NCBI GenBank assembly: GCA_965207225.1
Contig: CBDBLV010000002.1
Span: 1 to 64,000 of the forward strand
Source: Dehalococcoidia bacterium
GTDB lineage: Bacteria; Chloroflexota; Dehalococcoidia; Plut-88900
DNA: 64,000 bases
Direction of reading: 5' to 3'
Shown: positions 47,864 through 58,510 of the stretch, one piece after another
Layout of the letters: every line of letters begins with the position of its first letter
How positions within the stretch are numbered: the first letter of the stretch is position 1
The notes under the pieces: model-generated
Seen by the model: the letters and a program-made list of their open reading frames with translations, nothing else
What the model was told of the DNA's origin: nothing
Databases searched by the model: none
Position numbers and translations under genes: made by a program

Positions 47864-50605
47864 ATGGCGAGTCAGCAGACATCCATGTTGGAGCGGAAGC
47901 CGCTCTTTTTGTTGATGGACGGGCACGCGCTGGTGCACCGGGCGTTTCACGCGCTTCCGCCGTTGACGGTGAACAAGACGGGCGAGCCTATCGGGGCAGT
48001 GTATGGATTCACGAGTGCGCTGCTGAAAGCGCTGGATGAAATCGATCCTACCCACTGCGCAATCGTCTTCGACAGGCCGACTCCTACGTTCAGGCACATG
48101 CAGTACGAGGAGTACAAGGCGCACCGAGCTTCGACGCCGGACGATCTGCGGGTCCAGTTCAAGCGCATACGGGAGCTGGTGTCGGCGTTCGGGATACCGG
48201 CCTATGAGATGGACGGGTACGAGGGTGACGACGTACTGGGAACTCTTTCGACACAGGCCTCGGAGCAGGGAATCGACACGGTGATATTGACCGGAGACAC
48301 GGACACGGTCCAGCTGGTGACGCCTTATGTAAAGGCCCTGCTCCCGAGGGGAATGTTCAAGGACACTGTGCTGTACGACGAGAACAAGGTGGTGGAGAGG
48401 TACGGGGTGCCACCGGTGTTAATCCCGGACTACAAGGGGCTGGTGGGAGACTCATCGGACAATATACCGGGGGTGCCGGGGATCGGGGGGAAAACTGCGG
48501 CGAAGCTGGTGCAGGAGTTCGGGGATATCAAAGGGATATACGAGCACATCGAAGAGGTGAAGCCGCCACGCATCCAGGGCCTGCTTAAAGAGCACCAGTC
48601 GCAGGCGATGATGTCGGTGGAGCTGGCGAGGATAGTGGTGCGGGTGCCGCTGGACCTGGATTTCGATGCTTGCGCAAGGTCGGGGTTCAACAGGGAGGCG
48701 GTTGTCGCCCTGTTCCGGGAGATGGAGTTTTCCAGCTTGCTGGCGCGGCTGCCGGGTGGGGACGGAGAGGACGCGATTGAAGGTGAAGAGTCCGCGGTGT
48801 CGGGGGGAGGGGAGGTGGAGTACCACACGGTCACGGATGAAGATGCCCTTGACAGGATGATTGCGGAGGTAAGGGAAGCGGGCTACTTTGCGTTTGACAC
48901 GGAGACGACGAGCCTGAACGCAATGATGGCGGGGTTGGTCGGGGTGTCTATTTCGGCAGAGCCCAGGGTGTCGTACTACGTGCCGGTGGGGCACATAGTC
49001 GGACATCAATTGCCAATGGAGCTGGTGGTGGAAAAGCTGAAGCCGTTATTCGAGGACGACGCCCTGCCAAAGACGGCACACAATGCGAACTACGACATGA
49101 TGGTGCTGGCTAACTACGGAGTGGAGGTGAAGGGGCTGGCGAACGACAGCATGATCGCTGCGTTCCTGGTCGGGGAGAAGGCGCTGGGGTTGAAGGGGTT
49201 ATCGTTTGATCGGCTGGGTGTCGAGATGACGCCCATCACCGAGCTTATTGGGACGGGGTCCAAGCAGATCACCATGGACAAGGTGAGCGTAGATGCGGCG
49301 AGCCCCTACGCGGCGGCAGACGCCGACATGACGCTCAGGCTGTCGACGATGCTGGAGAAGGAAGCTCGGGGGGAGGGGTTGTGGGGGATGATGGAGGACG
49401 TGGAGCTACCGCTGGTGCCGATCATCGTACGGATGCAAAGGGCGGGGATCGCGCTGGATGCCAAGCTGCTCACGGGGATGTCGATGGAGCTTACGGAACG
49501 TTTGGCAGTACTAGAAGCGGGGATCTATGACGATGTCGGGCACCGGTTTACGATCAACTCTCCAAAGCAGCTGGGGGACGTTCTGTTCAAAGAACTGGAC
49601 CTGCCCAGCGCGAAGCGTACCAAGAGCGGATTCTCGACGGACGCCCGGGTGCTGGAGGGGTTGAGGGGAGCACACCCTATTGTGGAGAAGGTGCTGGAGT
49701 TCAGGCAGATTTCGAAGCTGAAGTCGACATACCTGGACGCGCTTCCTGACATGGTAAACCCGAGGACGGGTCGGGTGCATACAACATTCAACCAGACGGG
49801 GTCGGTTACTGGAAGGGTGTCGAGCAATGACCCGAACCTGCAGAACATTCCGATCAGGACGGAGCTCGGGGGGCAGGTCAGACATGCATTCATAGCGCAG
49901 GACCACCCGGAGTGGGTGCTGCTGGCGGCGGACTACTCGCAGATAGACCTTCGGGTGCTGGCCCACATTTCCGAGGACCCGAGCCTGATCAAGGCGTTCC
50001 ACGATGGGGCCGACATTCATGCGTCTACGGCAGCTTACGTGTTCGATGTTGCAATGGATGAGGTGACGGCGGATATGAGACGGATTGCGAAGACGATCAA
50101 CTTCGGGATCATCTATGGAATCAGTGGTTTCGGGTTGGCGAACCGGACCGGGCTGTCCAACGAAGAGGCGCAGCGGTTTATCGACCAGTATTTCGAGCGG
50201 TACCCGGGGGTGAAGGATTACATGGAGGTGACGAAGCACAAGGCAAAGGCGCAGGGGTACGTGCAGACGGTCTTGGGCAGGCGCCGGCATTTCCCGGAGT
50301 TCAACTCCCGAAACCACAACCTGAGGATGGCGGCGGAGAGGATGGCGATAAACATGCCCATCCAGGGAACGTCGGCGGAGATTACGAAGCTGGCGATGAT
50401 CGGGGTACAGAACCGGATGGACGAGGCCCACATGCAGAGCAGGATGCTGCTCCAGGTACACGACGAGCTCATCTTCGAGGTGCCGAGGGACGAGGTGGAG
50501 GAGATGTCGGGGCTGGCGAGGGAGGTCATGGCGTCGGCGCTGGAGCTTAGCGTTCCGCTGAAGGTGGACGTGAAGATGGGTCCCAACTGGGGAGACATGG
50601 CATAG
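47864..50605 (+). CDS. polA: DNA polymerase I
   Basis: 5'-3' exo (GDSSDNIPGV), 3'-5' exo FDTET, PNLQNIP, ADYSQI, KTINFGIIYG, QVHDE. Confidence 0.97.
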   Translation: MASQQTSMLERKPLFLLMDGHALVHRAFHALPPLTVNKTGEPIGAVYGFTSALLKALDEIDPTHCAIVFDRPTPTFRHMQYEEYKAHRASTPDDLRVQFKRIRELVSAFGIPAYEMDGYEGDDVLGTLSTQASEQGIDTVILTGDTDTVQLVTPYVKALLPRGMFKDTVLYDENKVVERYGVPPVLIPDYKGLVGDSSDNIPGVPGIGGKTAAKLVQEFGDIKGIYEHIEEVKPPRIQGLLKEHQSQAMMSVELARIVVRVPLDLDFDACARSGFNREAVVALFREMEFSSLLARLPGGDGEDAIEGEESAVSGGGEVEYHTVTDEDALDRMIAEVREAGYFAFDTETTSLNAMMAGLVGVSISAEPRVSYYVPVGHIVGHQLPMELVVEKLKPLFEDDALPKTAHNANYDMMVLANYGVEVKGLANDSMIAAFLVGEKALGLKGLSFDRLGVEMTPITELIGTGSKQITMDKVSVDAASPYAAADADMTLRLSTMLEKEARGEGLWGMMEDVELPLVPIIVRMQRAGIALDAKLLTGMSMELTERLAVLEAGIYDDVGHRFTINSPKQLGDVLFKELDLPSAKRTKSGFSTDARVLEGLRGAHPIVEKVLEFRQISKLKSTYLDALPDMVNPRTGRVHTTFNQTGSVTGRVSSNDPNLQNIPIRTELGGQVRHAFIAQDHPEWVLLAADYSQIDLRVLAHISEDPSLIKAFHDGADIHASTAAYVFDVAMDEVTADMRRIAKTINFGIIYGISGFGLANRTGLSNEEAQRFIDQYFERYPGVKDYMEVTKHKAKAQGYVQTVLGRRRHFPEFNSRNHNLRMAAERMAINMPIQGTSAEITKLAMIGVQNRMDEAHMQSRMLLQVHDELIFEVPRDEVEEMSGLAREVMASALELSVPLKVDVKMGPNWGDMA

Positions 50606-50608
50606 GCG

Positions 50609-51427
50609 ATGCCGGAACTGCCGGACGTCGAAGTGATGCGCCGGGTGGTAGCGCCCGGGGTGAGGGGTAGGACGGTTTCGGGGGTGACGCTGAACTGGAA
50701 CAACGCGGTGAAGGCCCCTTCGCCGGGGGAATTCCGAGAAGGGTTGATGGGGGCGACGATAGAGGAAGTCGGGAGGCGGGCGAAGTATTTCCTGTTCCAG
50801 CTAAGGGATTCGCGTACGCTCATTGTTCATTTGAGGATGACGGGGTCGTTGAGGGTGGTTGAGGCCGGTGAGGAGATGCACAAGTACACTCAGACGGTGT
50901 TCCACTTCGAAGACGGGTATGACCTGAGGTTTGTGGACCCGAGGAAGTTCGGGGCTGTGTGGCTGGTGGATGATGCGGCGTCGGTGGTCGGAGACCTGGG
51001 CCCCGAGCCATTGGAGCCCTCCTTCACGGCCGAAGTATTGGGCGGGATATTGGATAGTCGGGGGACGGCGATAAAGTCGTTGCTGATGGACCAGAAGCGG
51101 GTCGCAGGAATAGGGAATATCTACGCGGACGACATTTTGTTCAGGTCCAGGGTGCACCCGATGACCCGGGCGAGAGATGTGAGGGTAGAGGTGGTGGAGT
51201 CGATCCACGAATCGATTGTGTGGGTGCTGAGTCGGGCGATCGACATATTGGAGAAGAATATGCCGGTGGATGCGCCCCCGACGGAGGACCTGGGCCCGAT
51301 GATATTCCTGGTGCCTCGGGAGAAGGGGGTGAGGTGTCCGCGGTGTTCAGGGGAGATAGAGAGGATGGTTGTCGGGGGGAGGGGTACGTATTTTTGTCCC
51401 GCGTGTCAGCCGGAGCCGCCGCGCTAG
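50609..51427 (+). CDS. mutM: Formamidopyrimidine-DNA glycosylase
   Basis: MPELP, RRAKY, HLRMTG, DPRKFG, GIGNIY, C-terminal CPRC..CPACQ. Confidence 0.93.
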   Translation: MPELPDVEVMRRVVAPGVRGRTVSGVTLNWNNAVKAPSPGEFREGLMGATIEEVGRRAKYFLFQLRDSRTLIVHLRMTGSLRVVEAGEEMHKYTQTVFHFEDGYDLRFVDPRKFGAVWLVDDAASVVGDLGPEPLEPSFTAEVLGGILDSRGTAIKSLLMDQKRVAGIGNIYADDILFRSRVHPMTRARDVRVEVVESIHESIVWVLSRAIDILEKNMPVDAPPTEDLGPMIFLVPREKGVRCPRCSGEIERMVVGGRGTYFCPACQPEPPR

Positions 51428-51858
51428 CTACCGCCCGGTAGCGGTCCAAACCCCTTCTGTAGAAGCTCTACGAAGACGCCATGGGAGGAGCTGGGGTGGA
51501 CCCATACGTAGTCGGTGCTTGGGGTGGGGTCGGCGTCCTCGGGGATTCCGGTGATGCGGCCGCCCTGGGAGCGGACGTTTTTTACGGTGCCTACAAGATC
51601 GTCGAGTTCGAAGGTGATCAGGTAGACGCCTTCGCCGCGGGCTTCGAGGAACTTGCGGACGTGGCTGTCGTCGCCGAGGGGTTCAAGGAGCTCTATGAGC
51701 GCCCGCTTTCCATTGCCGAGGAAGGTGTTGCGGTAGCCGAACTGGGTGTTGTCGTTGGGAGGCTGCATGACCTGAAGGTTGTAGAGGCTGCAGAACCTGT
51801 CGGTGGCCTCCTGAAGGTCGTATACGGCGATACATACGAAGCTCAGGTCGGTAGACAT
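51424..51858 (-). CDS. VOC-family protein (methylmalonyl-CoA epimerase-like)
   Basis: IELLEP, KFLEARGEG, WVHPSSSHGVFVEL. Confidence 0.8.
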   Translation of the reverse strand: MSTDLSFVCIAVYDLQEATDRFCSLYNLQVMQPPNDNTQFGYRNTFLGNGKRALIELLEPLGDDSHVRKFLEARGEGVYLITFELDDLVGTVKNVRSQGGRITGIPEDADPTPSTDYVWVHPSSSHGVFVELLQKGFGPLPGGS

Positions 51859-51990
51859 AGTATTTCCTCGCGGGTTGGGTCTAGGCGCAATTACGGCGTG
51901 GTGTAGAATGTAACGGCCCTGCTCAGGGCCATTTTGGTGGATTATATACGCTCCTTGTGCAGTCGTGATGAGCAAAGAAGGGAGTTTGTG

Positions 51991-53196
51991 ATGGAAAAGG
52001 CGTTGGAAGGCTACAGGGTTGTTGACCTGACGCAGTGGGAGGCGGGGACATCGTTCACGCAAGCGCTGGCGTGGCTGGGGGCGGACGTAATCAAGGTGGA
52101 GGCCCCCGGGAGAGGGGACCCGGGGCGAAAGGCCCCGCAGGATGTTCCCGGGCTGGACAGCCCCTATTTCCTGATTCTGAACTCCAACAAGCGGAGCATC
52201 ACGCTCAACCTGAAGTCGGAAGAGGGAAAGAGGGTGTTCTTCGACCTGGTGAGGAATGCGGACGTGGTGGCAGAGAACCAGGGCCCCGGGACCCTGGAGA
52301 GGCTGGGGCTGGGATACGACGTTCTTTCCGAGGTGAACCCGAAGATAGTGCTGGGGCGGATCAAGGGCTTCGGGACCTACGGGCCCTACAGCCATTACAA
52401 GTGCTTCGACATGATTGCCCAGTGCACGGGAGGGTCCTATTCGACCAACGGCTTCAAGGACGGGCCTCCCATTGCGATGGGCACGTCAATCGGGGACATA
52501 GGAACGGGGTACCACGCCGCGCTGGGCGTGGTGTCGGCGCTGCTGCAGAGGGAACGGACGGGGAAGGGGCAGGTTGTTGAGGTCTCGATGCAGGAGTCGG
52601 TGTTCAACTTCAGTCGGGTGGCGATGATGTGGTACTACCACGACGCCGAAATGATCATGAGGAAGGGCGATGACGGCTGGAACACGGCGCCATCCCGGAT
52701 GTACAAGTGCAAGCCCGGCGGCCCCGACGACTACTGCTACATCTACGCCACGGAGAGCATATCCGATTCGTGGAACCAGCTGCTGAGGATAATGGGCAGG
52801 GAGGACCTGATTGGCGATGAGCGGTATGCGACTTCAGAGCTGCGGTTCCAAAGGAAGGAAGAGGTGGACAAGCTGGTTGGGGACTGGGCGATGCAGCACA
52901 CTAAGTACGAGGTGATGAACACCTGCGCCGGCCAGGGGGTCGTGGCCGGGGCCGTGCTGAATGCCAAGGACTTGTTCGAGGACCCGCACATCAGGGAGCG
53001 GGGGATGATCGCTACGATGGAGCATCCGCAGAGAGGTGATTGGGAGATGATTGGCAACCCGATCAACCTGTCCGACTCCCCGACGGAGTACAGGGGAGCT
53101 CCACTGCTTGGGCAGGACACGGACGACGTGCTGTCTGGGGTGCTAGGCTATTCGGAAGATCGCATCGAGAAACTGCACCAGGAAAGCGTGGTTTAG
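51991..53196 (+). CDS. Family III CoA-transferase (Frc/CaiB-like)
   Basis: LGADVIKVE, NSNKRSITLNLK, ADVVAEN, catalytic Asp in IGDIGTG, APLLGQDT. Confidence 0.92.
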   Translation: MEKALEGYRVVDLTQWEAGTSFTQALAWLGADVIKVEAPGRGDPGRKAPQDVPGLDSPYFLILNSNKRSITLNLKSEEGKRVFFDLVRNADVVAENQGPGTLERLGLGYDVLSEVNPKIVLGRIKGFGTYGPYSHYKCFDMIAQCTGGSYSTNGFKDGPPIAMGTSIGDIGTGYHAALGVVSALLQRERTGKGQVVEVSMQESVFNFSRVAMMWYYHDAEMIMRKGDDGWNTAPSRMYKCKPGGPDDYCYIYATESISDSWNQLLRIMGREDLIGDERYATSELRFQRKEEVDKLVGDWAMQHTKYEVMNTCAGQGVVAGAVLNAKDLFEDPHIRERGMIATMEHPQRGDWEMIGNPINLSDSPTEYRGAPLLGQDTDDVLSGVLGYSEDRIEKLHQESVV

Positions 53197-53213
53197 CGGT
53201 CTCCATCAATGGA

Positions 53214-53879
53214 ATGCTAAAACTGGCGACGGCTATTGCCATCGTGCTGGTGATGGCCGGATGTGGGGATGGAGAGCCGGGTGATGGGACCGAGTCGGAG
53301 GTCGCGCTGGGGCATTTCCGGGAGGGGGAGGAATTGCTGGGGAGGGGGCAGCTGGGGGCATCCATCGCCGCCTTTACGAGGGCCATACGCGCCGACCCTG
53401 ACTTCATTGATGCCTATGACAAGCGGGGCGACGTATCCATGGTGATCAAGCGCTGGCCCGACGCGGTGTCCAACTTCGACGAGGTGCTGCGCCTGGACCC
53501 GGACAACGTGCCCGCCTATTTCAACAGGGCGTTTGCTCATTCCCAACTGGACAAACCGCAGGATGCGGTGTCGGATTACACGGAGGTGGTTGAACGGGAT
53601 TCAGGGCAGGCCGAGGCGTACTCAAACCGGGGCAGCCAATATATCAAGATGGGGCTGCCGGCGCTAGCGTTGGAGGACTTCAACAGTGCGATCGAGATAG
53701 ATGGGGAACTGAGTCAGGCGTACGTAGGGAGGGCGATAGCGTATTCGATGCTGGACATGCCGATGCAGGCGCAGGCGGCGATTGATGACTCGGTGGAGCA
53801 GGGATATGTCGAATACAACGTGAAAAGAGTGATAGAAAGAGCTTTAACGGAATACGGGGTGATACAGGAATACCAATAA
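53214..53879 (+). CDS. TPR-repeat lipoprotein
   Basis: Lipobox MAGC; repeated AYxNRG/A TPR motifs. Confidence 0.82.
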   Translation: MLKLATAIAIVLVMAGCGDGEPGDGTESEVALGHFREGEELLGRGQLGASIAAFTRAIRADPDFIDAYDKRGDVSMVIKRWPDAVSNFDEVLRLDPDNVPAYFNRAFAHSQLDKPQDAVSDYTEVVERDSGQAEAYSNRGSQYIKMGLPALALEDFNSAIEIDGELSQAYVGRAIAYSMLDMPMQAQAAIDDSVEQGYVEYNVKRVIERALTEYGVIQEYQ

Positions 53880-53889
53880 TCAACGCCGG

Positions 53890-53945
53890 TTGACGGTTGA
53901 CGGTGTGTCCCGCTAGACTGGTTAGTAAACAGACCGGTCGGTCTA
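53890..53945 (+). promoter_or_regulatory. Sigma70-type promoter and TetR-type operator
   Basis: TTGACG (53890-53895), 18 bp, TAGACT (53914-53919); palindrome AGACC-GGTC-GGTCT at 53931-53944. Confidence 0.7.
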
Positions 53946-53962
53946 GTAGAGAGGCATCCGGC

Positions 53963-54568
53963 TTGTCCACAAGAGTAGAGGCTCGAACCGCGAAGGAGCG
54001 CATTTTGGATGCGGCGGCGAGCCTCTTTGCGCGCCGGGGGTATTACAACGCGAACGTGGATGAGATCATCCAGCAGTCGGGGACTTCCAAGGGCAGCTTT
54101 TACTTTCACTTCCCCAGCAAAGAGCAAATGGCCCTGGGGCTGGTTGACCAGCTGAGCGACAAGTTGGTGAGAAGGCTGGAGCGATCAATTGAGGCAGAGT
54201 CGGACCCGCTGAAGAGGATCCCGCTGGCCATAGACGCCGTACTTTTGACTTTCTCCAGGCAGAGGAAATTGGCGCAGATACTTCTGGTGAATATTGTCGG
54301 GCAGGGGAGATCCATGGACCGGAAGTTCCTGCCGATCCGGGACAAGTTTGCGGGACTGATAAAGAGGGAGCTGGACCGGGCGGTGGAGTCGGGAGATATC
54401 AGGGCAGTCGACACGAACCTGGTGTCCCGGTTATGGCTGGGTTCGCTGAGCGAGGTGATACTACGCTGGCTCTTGGAGGACAAGCCGAAGCCCTTGATGG
54501 AAAGCGCGCCGGAAGTGCGGGACCTGCTGATGAACGGCGTAGTGTCGCGTGGGGAGAGGGCTGGGTGA
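53963..54568 (+). CDS. TetR/AcrR-family regulator
   Basis: RILDAAASLF..GY..VDEI..SKGSFYFHFPSKE. TTG start inferred from RBS. Confidence 0.92.
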   Translation: MSTRVEARTAKERILDAAASLFARRGYYNANVDEIIQQSGTSKGSFYFHFPSKEQMALGLVDQLSDKLVRRLERSIEAESDPLKRIPLAIDAVLLTFSRQRKLAQILLVNIVGQGRSMDRKFLPIRDKFAGLIKRELDRAVESGDIRAVDTNLVSRLWLGSLSEVILRWLLEDKPKPLMESAPEVRDLLMNGVVSRGERAG

Positions 54569-55890
54569 CATACGCAGACGTGGAGATAGCGGCGGAGAAG
54601 GGTGTTAGGGGCCAAGTGAAGTTGACTAGCCGGTCGCATCGGCTGGGCAAGGTCGTGACGCCTACGGAAGTGTTCGGGCAGGCCGAGCGGAGGGAGGACT
54701 TTCGGGCATTCTGGTCACAGAGGGACGGTGACACTACCCTGGTTGGGCTGGGGGTGGCGTGGGGTGTGAGGGTGTCGGGGGAGGGGAGGTTTCAGGAGGC
54801 GAGAGAGTGGTACCGGGAGTTGGTGGCGAACGCCAGTGTGGAAGGGCTGGACGTCGTGGGGACGGGGCCCGTGGCAATCGGCGGATTTCGATTCGATGTG
54901 GAAGCGGAGACCTCGCCGGAGTGGGCCCGATTCGGCGATGGGATCATGGTCGTGCCCCGGGTCTGCTACGCTTGGACACCCGAGGGGCAGTGGGTGACTG
55001 AGAACCGTATCTATCCCGCAAATGGAACGGATAGTCTTTTGCAGGTGGGCGGTGAGCAGAGGGTTGACGTAAGCGTGGAACTGGGGGAAGGCGAAAGGTG
55101 GGTTCGCGCGGTGCCAGGGGCGTTGGAGGCGGTGGGGAAGGGGGAGGTGGAGAAGGTAGTGATGGCGCGGAGGCTGGGGGCGGAGAGGAGGGGTGGGATG
55201 GAGGTAGGAGAAGCACTGGATAAGTTGATTGAAAGCGAGTTCAGATGCTCGGTGTTTGCGATCGGGGTAGGTGGGTCGAAGTTCATGGGTGCGACACCGG
55301 AGCCATTGGTGAGCATGTCGGGAGGGAGTGTTGAGTGCATTTGCCATGCGGGGTCGGTGGCTCGAGGGTCAACGCCTGAAGAGGACAGGCTCATGGGTGA
55401 GGCACTGCTTGGAGATGCGAAGGAGCAGCGTGAGCATGACTTCGCTGCAAGATTCGTCGAGCAGGCGTTGATGGGCCTTTGTGAGCAGTTGACGTGGGAC
55501 TCGGCGCCAAAGGTATCCAAGTTCAAGAACGTCCAGCACCTCTCGACGGCGTTTCGAGGGACGAACAGGAAGGGCCGGGACATCTTGGAATTCGTCGAGG
55601 CCCTCCATCCGACACCTTCCGTAGCCGGGGTGCCGACTAAGAGGGCAGTGGAGCTGATAAGGAAATTAGAGGGGATGGACCGCGGGTGGTACTCGGGGCC
55701 GGTGGGGTGGATGGACCACATGGGCCGGGGGGAGTTTGCGATTGCCATCAGGTCGGGTCTGGTGACAGAGGATCGGGCGTATCTGTATGGGGGCGCGGGG
55801 ATTGTGGAGGGCTCGGATGTTGAGAAGGAGTACGCGGAGACGGAGCTGAAGATGCTGGGGCTGAGGCAGGCGCTGGGGCTGGACGGGTGA
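54565..55890 (+). CDS. menF: Isochorismate synthase
   Basis: KVVMAR, GATPE, KEQREH, VQHL, LHPTPSVAG, RGWYSG, IRSG, GAGIV; GTGA overlap with tetR. Confidence 0.9.
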   Translation: MTYADVEIAAEKGVRGQVKLTSRSHRLGKVVTPTEVFGQAERREDFRAFWSQRDGDTTLVGLGVAWGVRVSGEGRFQEAREWYRELVANASVEGLDVVGTGPVAIGGFRFDVEAETSPEWARFGDGIMVVPRVCYAWTPEGQWVTENRIYPANGTDSLLQVGGEQRVDVSVELGEGERWVRAVPGALEAVGKGEVEKVVMARRLGAERRGGMEVGEALDKLIESEFRCSVFAIGVGGSKFMGATPEPLVSMSGGSVECICHAGSVARGSTPEEDRLMGEALLGDAKEQREHDFAARFVEQALMGLCEQLTWDSAPKVSKFKNVQHLSTAFRGTNRKGRDILEFVEALHPTPSVAGVPTKRAVELIRKLEGMDRGWYSGPVGWMDHMGRGEFAIAIRSGLVTEDRAYLYGGAGIVEGSDVEKEYAETELKMLGLRQALGLDG

Positions 55891-57641
55891 TGAGGGCGGA
55901 AAACCGGAATTATGCTATGACCGGGGCGCTGGTGGAGGGGCTGGCAGGGGCGGGAGTGAAGGATGTGGTGATCTGTCCTGGATCGAGGTCTGGGCCTCTG
56001 GCGATGAGCTTTGTGCGGTGTGAGTCTATTAAGACCTGGATTCACCTGGACGAGAGAGCGGCGGGGTATTTCGCGCTGGGTATGGCGAAGGGAGGTCGGG
56101 GGGCGGTTGTGGTACTCACCACCTCCGGCACGGCGACCACCAACCTGCTGCCGGCGGTGGTGGAGGCCAGGCTCACTGGGGCGCCGCTGATTGTGATTAC
56201 GGCAGACCGACCTCCGGAACTAATCGGCTGGGGGGCAAATCAGACCATCGAGCAGTCGGGTATATATGAAACGCATGTCAAGTGGTCGGTTGACCTTCCA
56301 GTTCCCGGGGCCAGTGTGGACTTAACGGACTATGCCATGGCGGTCGGGAGGAGGGCCTTTGCGACGGCAATGGGGTATCCGTCAGGGCCGGTGCATTTGA
56401 ATGTCCCACTGCGGGAGCCTCTGGCGCCAGTGGCTATTGAAGGAGAAGAAATGGAGGTGTCGTGGGGTGTTGGCATGTTGGGCGCTGTGGTTCCAGCAGA
56501 GGCGCCGAATGGATGGGAAGCCGGGCGGGAGCTAGCAGAGCGATTGAAGGGTGTCGAGCGAGGGATCATCGTGTGCGGGCCCCAGGACAAACCGGGGCTG
56601 GCTGAGGCGGTGTCGGGAGTGGGGAGGAGCCTTGGGTATCCGATTCTTGCCGACCCTTTATCACAGGTCAGATTTGGGAAGCATGACCGGACGCATGTTG
56701 TGGACTTCTACGATCTCATGCTACGCGACCAGGGCCTATGGGAACGGCTCGAGCCGGAAGTCGTTATCAGATTCGGAGCGTGGCCGACCTCGAAATCATT
56801 GGGGATGTTTTTGGGTGGGACCAGGGGGGCACGACACGTGCTGGTGACGGACAACGGCTGGGCTGACCCGAGTCATCTGGCTACTAACGTTGTGCAGGCG
56901 GATCCGCTCTCCTTCTGTAAAGGGATGGTGTCGAGAGGTGAGGAGCCCAACAGAGAAGCCGGGTGGTTGGAGAGGTGGGTTGGGTTCAGCCGGGTGGTGA
57001 GGAAGGGGGTGGGGGAGTATATGTCAGGGATGGAGGAGTTGTTTGAAGGAAAGGTGTTTTGCGAATTGCGGGACCAGCTGCCTGAGGATGCGATCCTGTT
57101 CGCCGGGAACAGTATGCCTGTTCGAGACATGGACACGTTCATGGCCACTTCTGGCAAGACGATCAGGGTTATGGGCAATCGAGGCGCTAGCGGAATAGAC
57201 GGCGTGGTGTCGACGGCGCTGGGGTCGGGAGCCGGGACGGGGGCGCCTGTAGTTGCAGTGGTCGGCGACCTGTCGTTCTTCCACGACTTGACGGGTCTGC
57301 TGATGGCGAGGCACCCTGAGATAAACGCGACCATTGTCGTCTTGAACAATGACGGTGGCGGGATTTTTTCGTTTCTGCCGCAGGCGAAGTACGGCGACCA
57401 TTTCGAAGAGGTCTATGGGACGCCTCACGGGCTCGCATTTGGATCGGTGGCGGAGCTGTACGGGTTGGGATATACGCGGATCGAAGGTTGGGACGAGTTT
57501 GGGGAGGCGGTGGGGAGGGGTGTGGGGACTAGGGGCACGTCCATTATTGAGGCGCCCGGGTCCCGGGAGAGGAATGTTGTGCTTCACCGGGAGGCGGCAT
57601 CGGCCGCAATGCAGTCTCTGCGGAGCGGCGACAGGAGCTAA
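55887..57641 (+). CDS. menD: SEPHCHC synthase
   Basis: PGSRSGP, DERAA, TSGTA, ADRP, GANQT, NSMPVR, NRGASGIDG, GDLSFFHD, NNDGGGIF. Confidence 0.96.
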   Translation: MMRAENRNYAMTGALVEGLAGAGVKDVVICPGSRSGPLAMSFVRCESIKTWIHLDERAAGYFALGMAKGGRGAVVVLTTSGTATTNLLPAVVEARLTGAPLIVITADRPPELIGWGANQTIEQSGIYETHVKWSVDLPVPGASVDLTDYAMAVGRRAFATAMGYPSGPVHLNVPLREPLAPVAIEGEEMEVSWGVGMLGAVVPAEAPNGWEAGRELAERLKGVERGIIVCGPQDKPGLAEAVSGVGRSLGYPILADPLSQVRFGKHDRTHVVDFYDLMLRDQGLWERLEPEVVIRFGAWPTSKSLGMFLGGTRGARHVLVTDNGWADPSHLATNVVQADPLSFCKGMVSRGEEPNREAGWLERWVGFSRVVRKGVGEYMSGMEELFEGKVFCELRDQLPEDAILFAGNSMPVRDMDTFMATSGKTIRVMGNRGASGIDGVVSTALGSGAGTGAPVVAVVGDLSFFHDLTGLLMARHPEINATIVVLNNDGGGIFSFLPQAKYGDHFEEVYGTPHGLAFGSVAELYGLGYTRIEGWDEFGEAVGRGVGTRGTSIIEAPGSRERNVVLHREAASAAMQSLRSGDRS

Positions 57642-57643
57642 CA

Positions 57644-58510
57644 GTGACCCTGGTACCAGTGAACGGGATCGAGTTGAACGTCGAGGTGCAGGGGCACGGG
57701 CCTACGATTGTCATGCTGCACGGGTTTACGGGGGACGTGAGCACATGGCATTCCCTGGCGGACCACCTTAAGGAGCGGTACACCACGGTGCTGGTAGACC
57801 TTATCGGACATGGGAGGTCGGATGCGCCGGAGGAGCCGGATAGGTATTCGATGGAGCGGTGCGTGGAGGACCTGCTGGCGCTTGCGTGTAGACTCGGGAT
57901 TGGGGAAGCGGTGTGGATGGGGTATTCAATGGGGGCCCGAGTGTGTCTGTGCCTTGCAGTTACTGCGCCCGAGCGATGCCGGGCATTAGTCCTGGAGGGA
58001 GTGTCGGGAGGGATTGAGGATGAGGAGGAGAGGGTTGCGAGGGTATTGGCAGATAGAGGGGTGGCGAAACGGATAGAGGAGGAAGGGGTGGGGTGGTTTG
58101 TCGACTACTGGGAGTCGCAGGCGCTGTTTACGAGCCAGGTCAGGCTGGATGAGGAAGTGAGATCAGGATTGCGGCGGCAGAGGCTCGGGAACCGGGCCAC
58201 TGGGCTGGCCAACAGCTTACGTGGGATGGGGACCGGCGCACAGCCAACGATATACAGTCAGTTGCCGGGATTCCAGAGGCCAGCGTTGTTCCTGGCAGGG
58301 GAGGAAGACAGGAAGTTCGTGGAACTGGGTCGGCGGATGAGCGGATTGACTCCGAGGGGAAGGTTCGAGTCGATCAGCGAAGCGGGTCACTGCGCGCACC
58401 TGGAGAACCCTCAGCAGTTTCGTGAGAAGGTCAGCGATTTCTTAGAGGTATTGGAAAGCGCGCCTAGACGTGAGCCCGTCCCCGGGGCCCGAGGGAGAAG
58501 TGTTGTATAG
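57644..58510 (+). CDS. menH: SHCHC synthase
   Basis: HGFTG, GYSMGAR, R...D, SLRGMGTGAQ, GH; follows menD. Confidence 0.92.
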   Translation: MTLVPVNGIELNVEVQGHGPTIVMLHGFTGDVSTWHSLADHLKERYTTVLVDLIGHGRSDAPEEPDRYSMERCVEDLLALACRLGIGEAVWMGYSMGARVCLCLAVTAPERCRALVLEGVSGGIEDEEERVARVLADRGVAKRIEEEGVGWFVDYWESQALFTSQVRLDEEVRSGLRRQRLGNRATGLANSLRGMGTGAQPTIYSQLPGFQRPALFLAGEEDRKFVELGRRMSGLTPRGRFESISEAGHCAHLENPQQFREKVSDFLEVLESAPRREPVPGARGRSVV

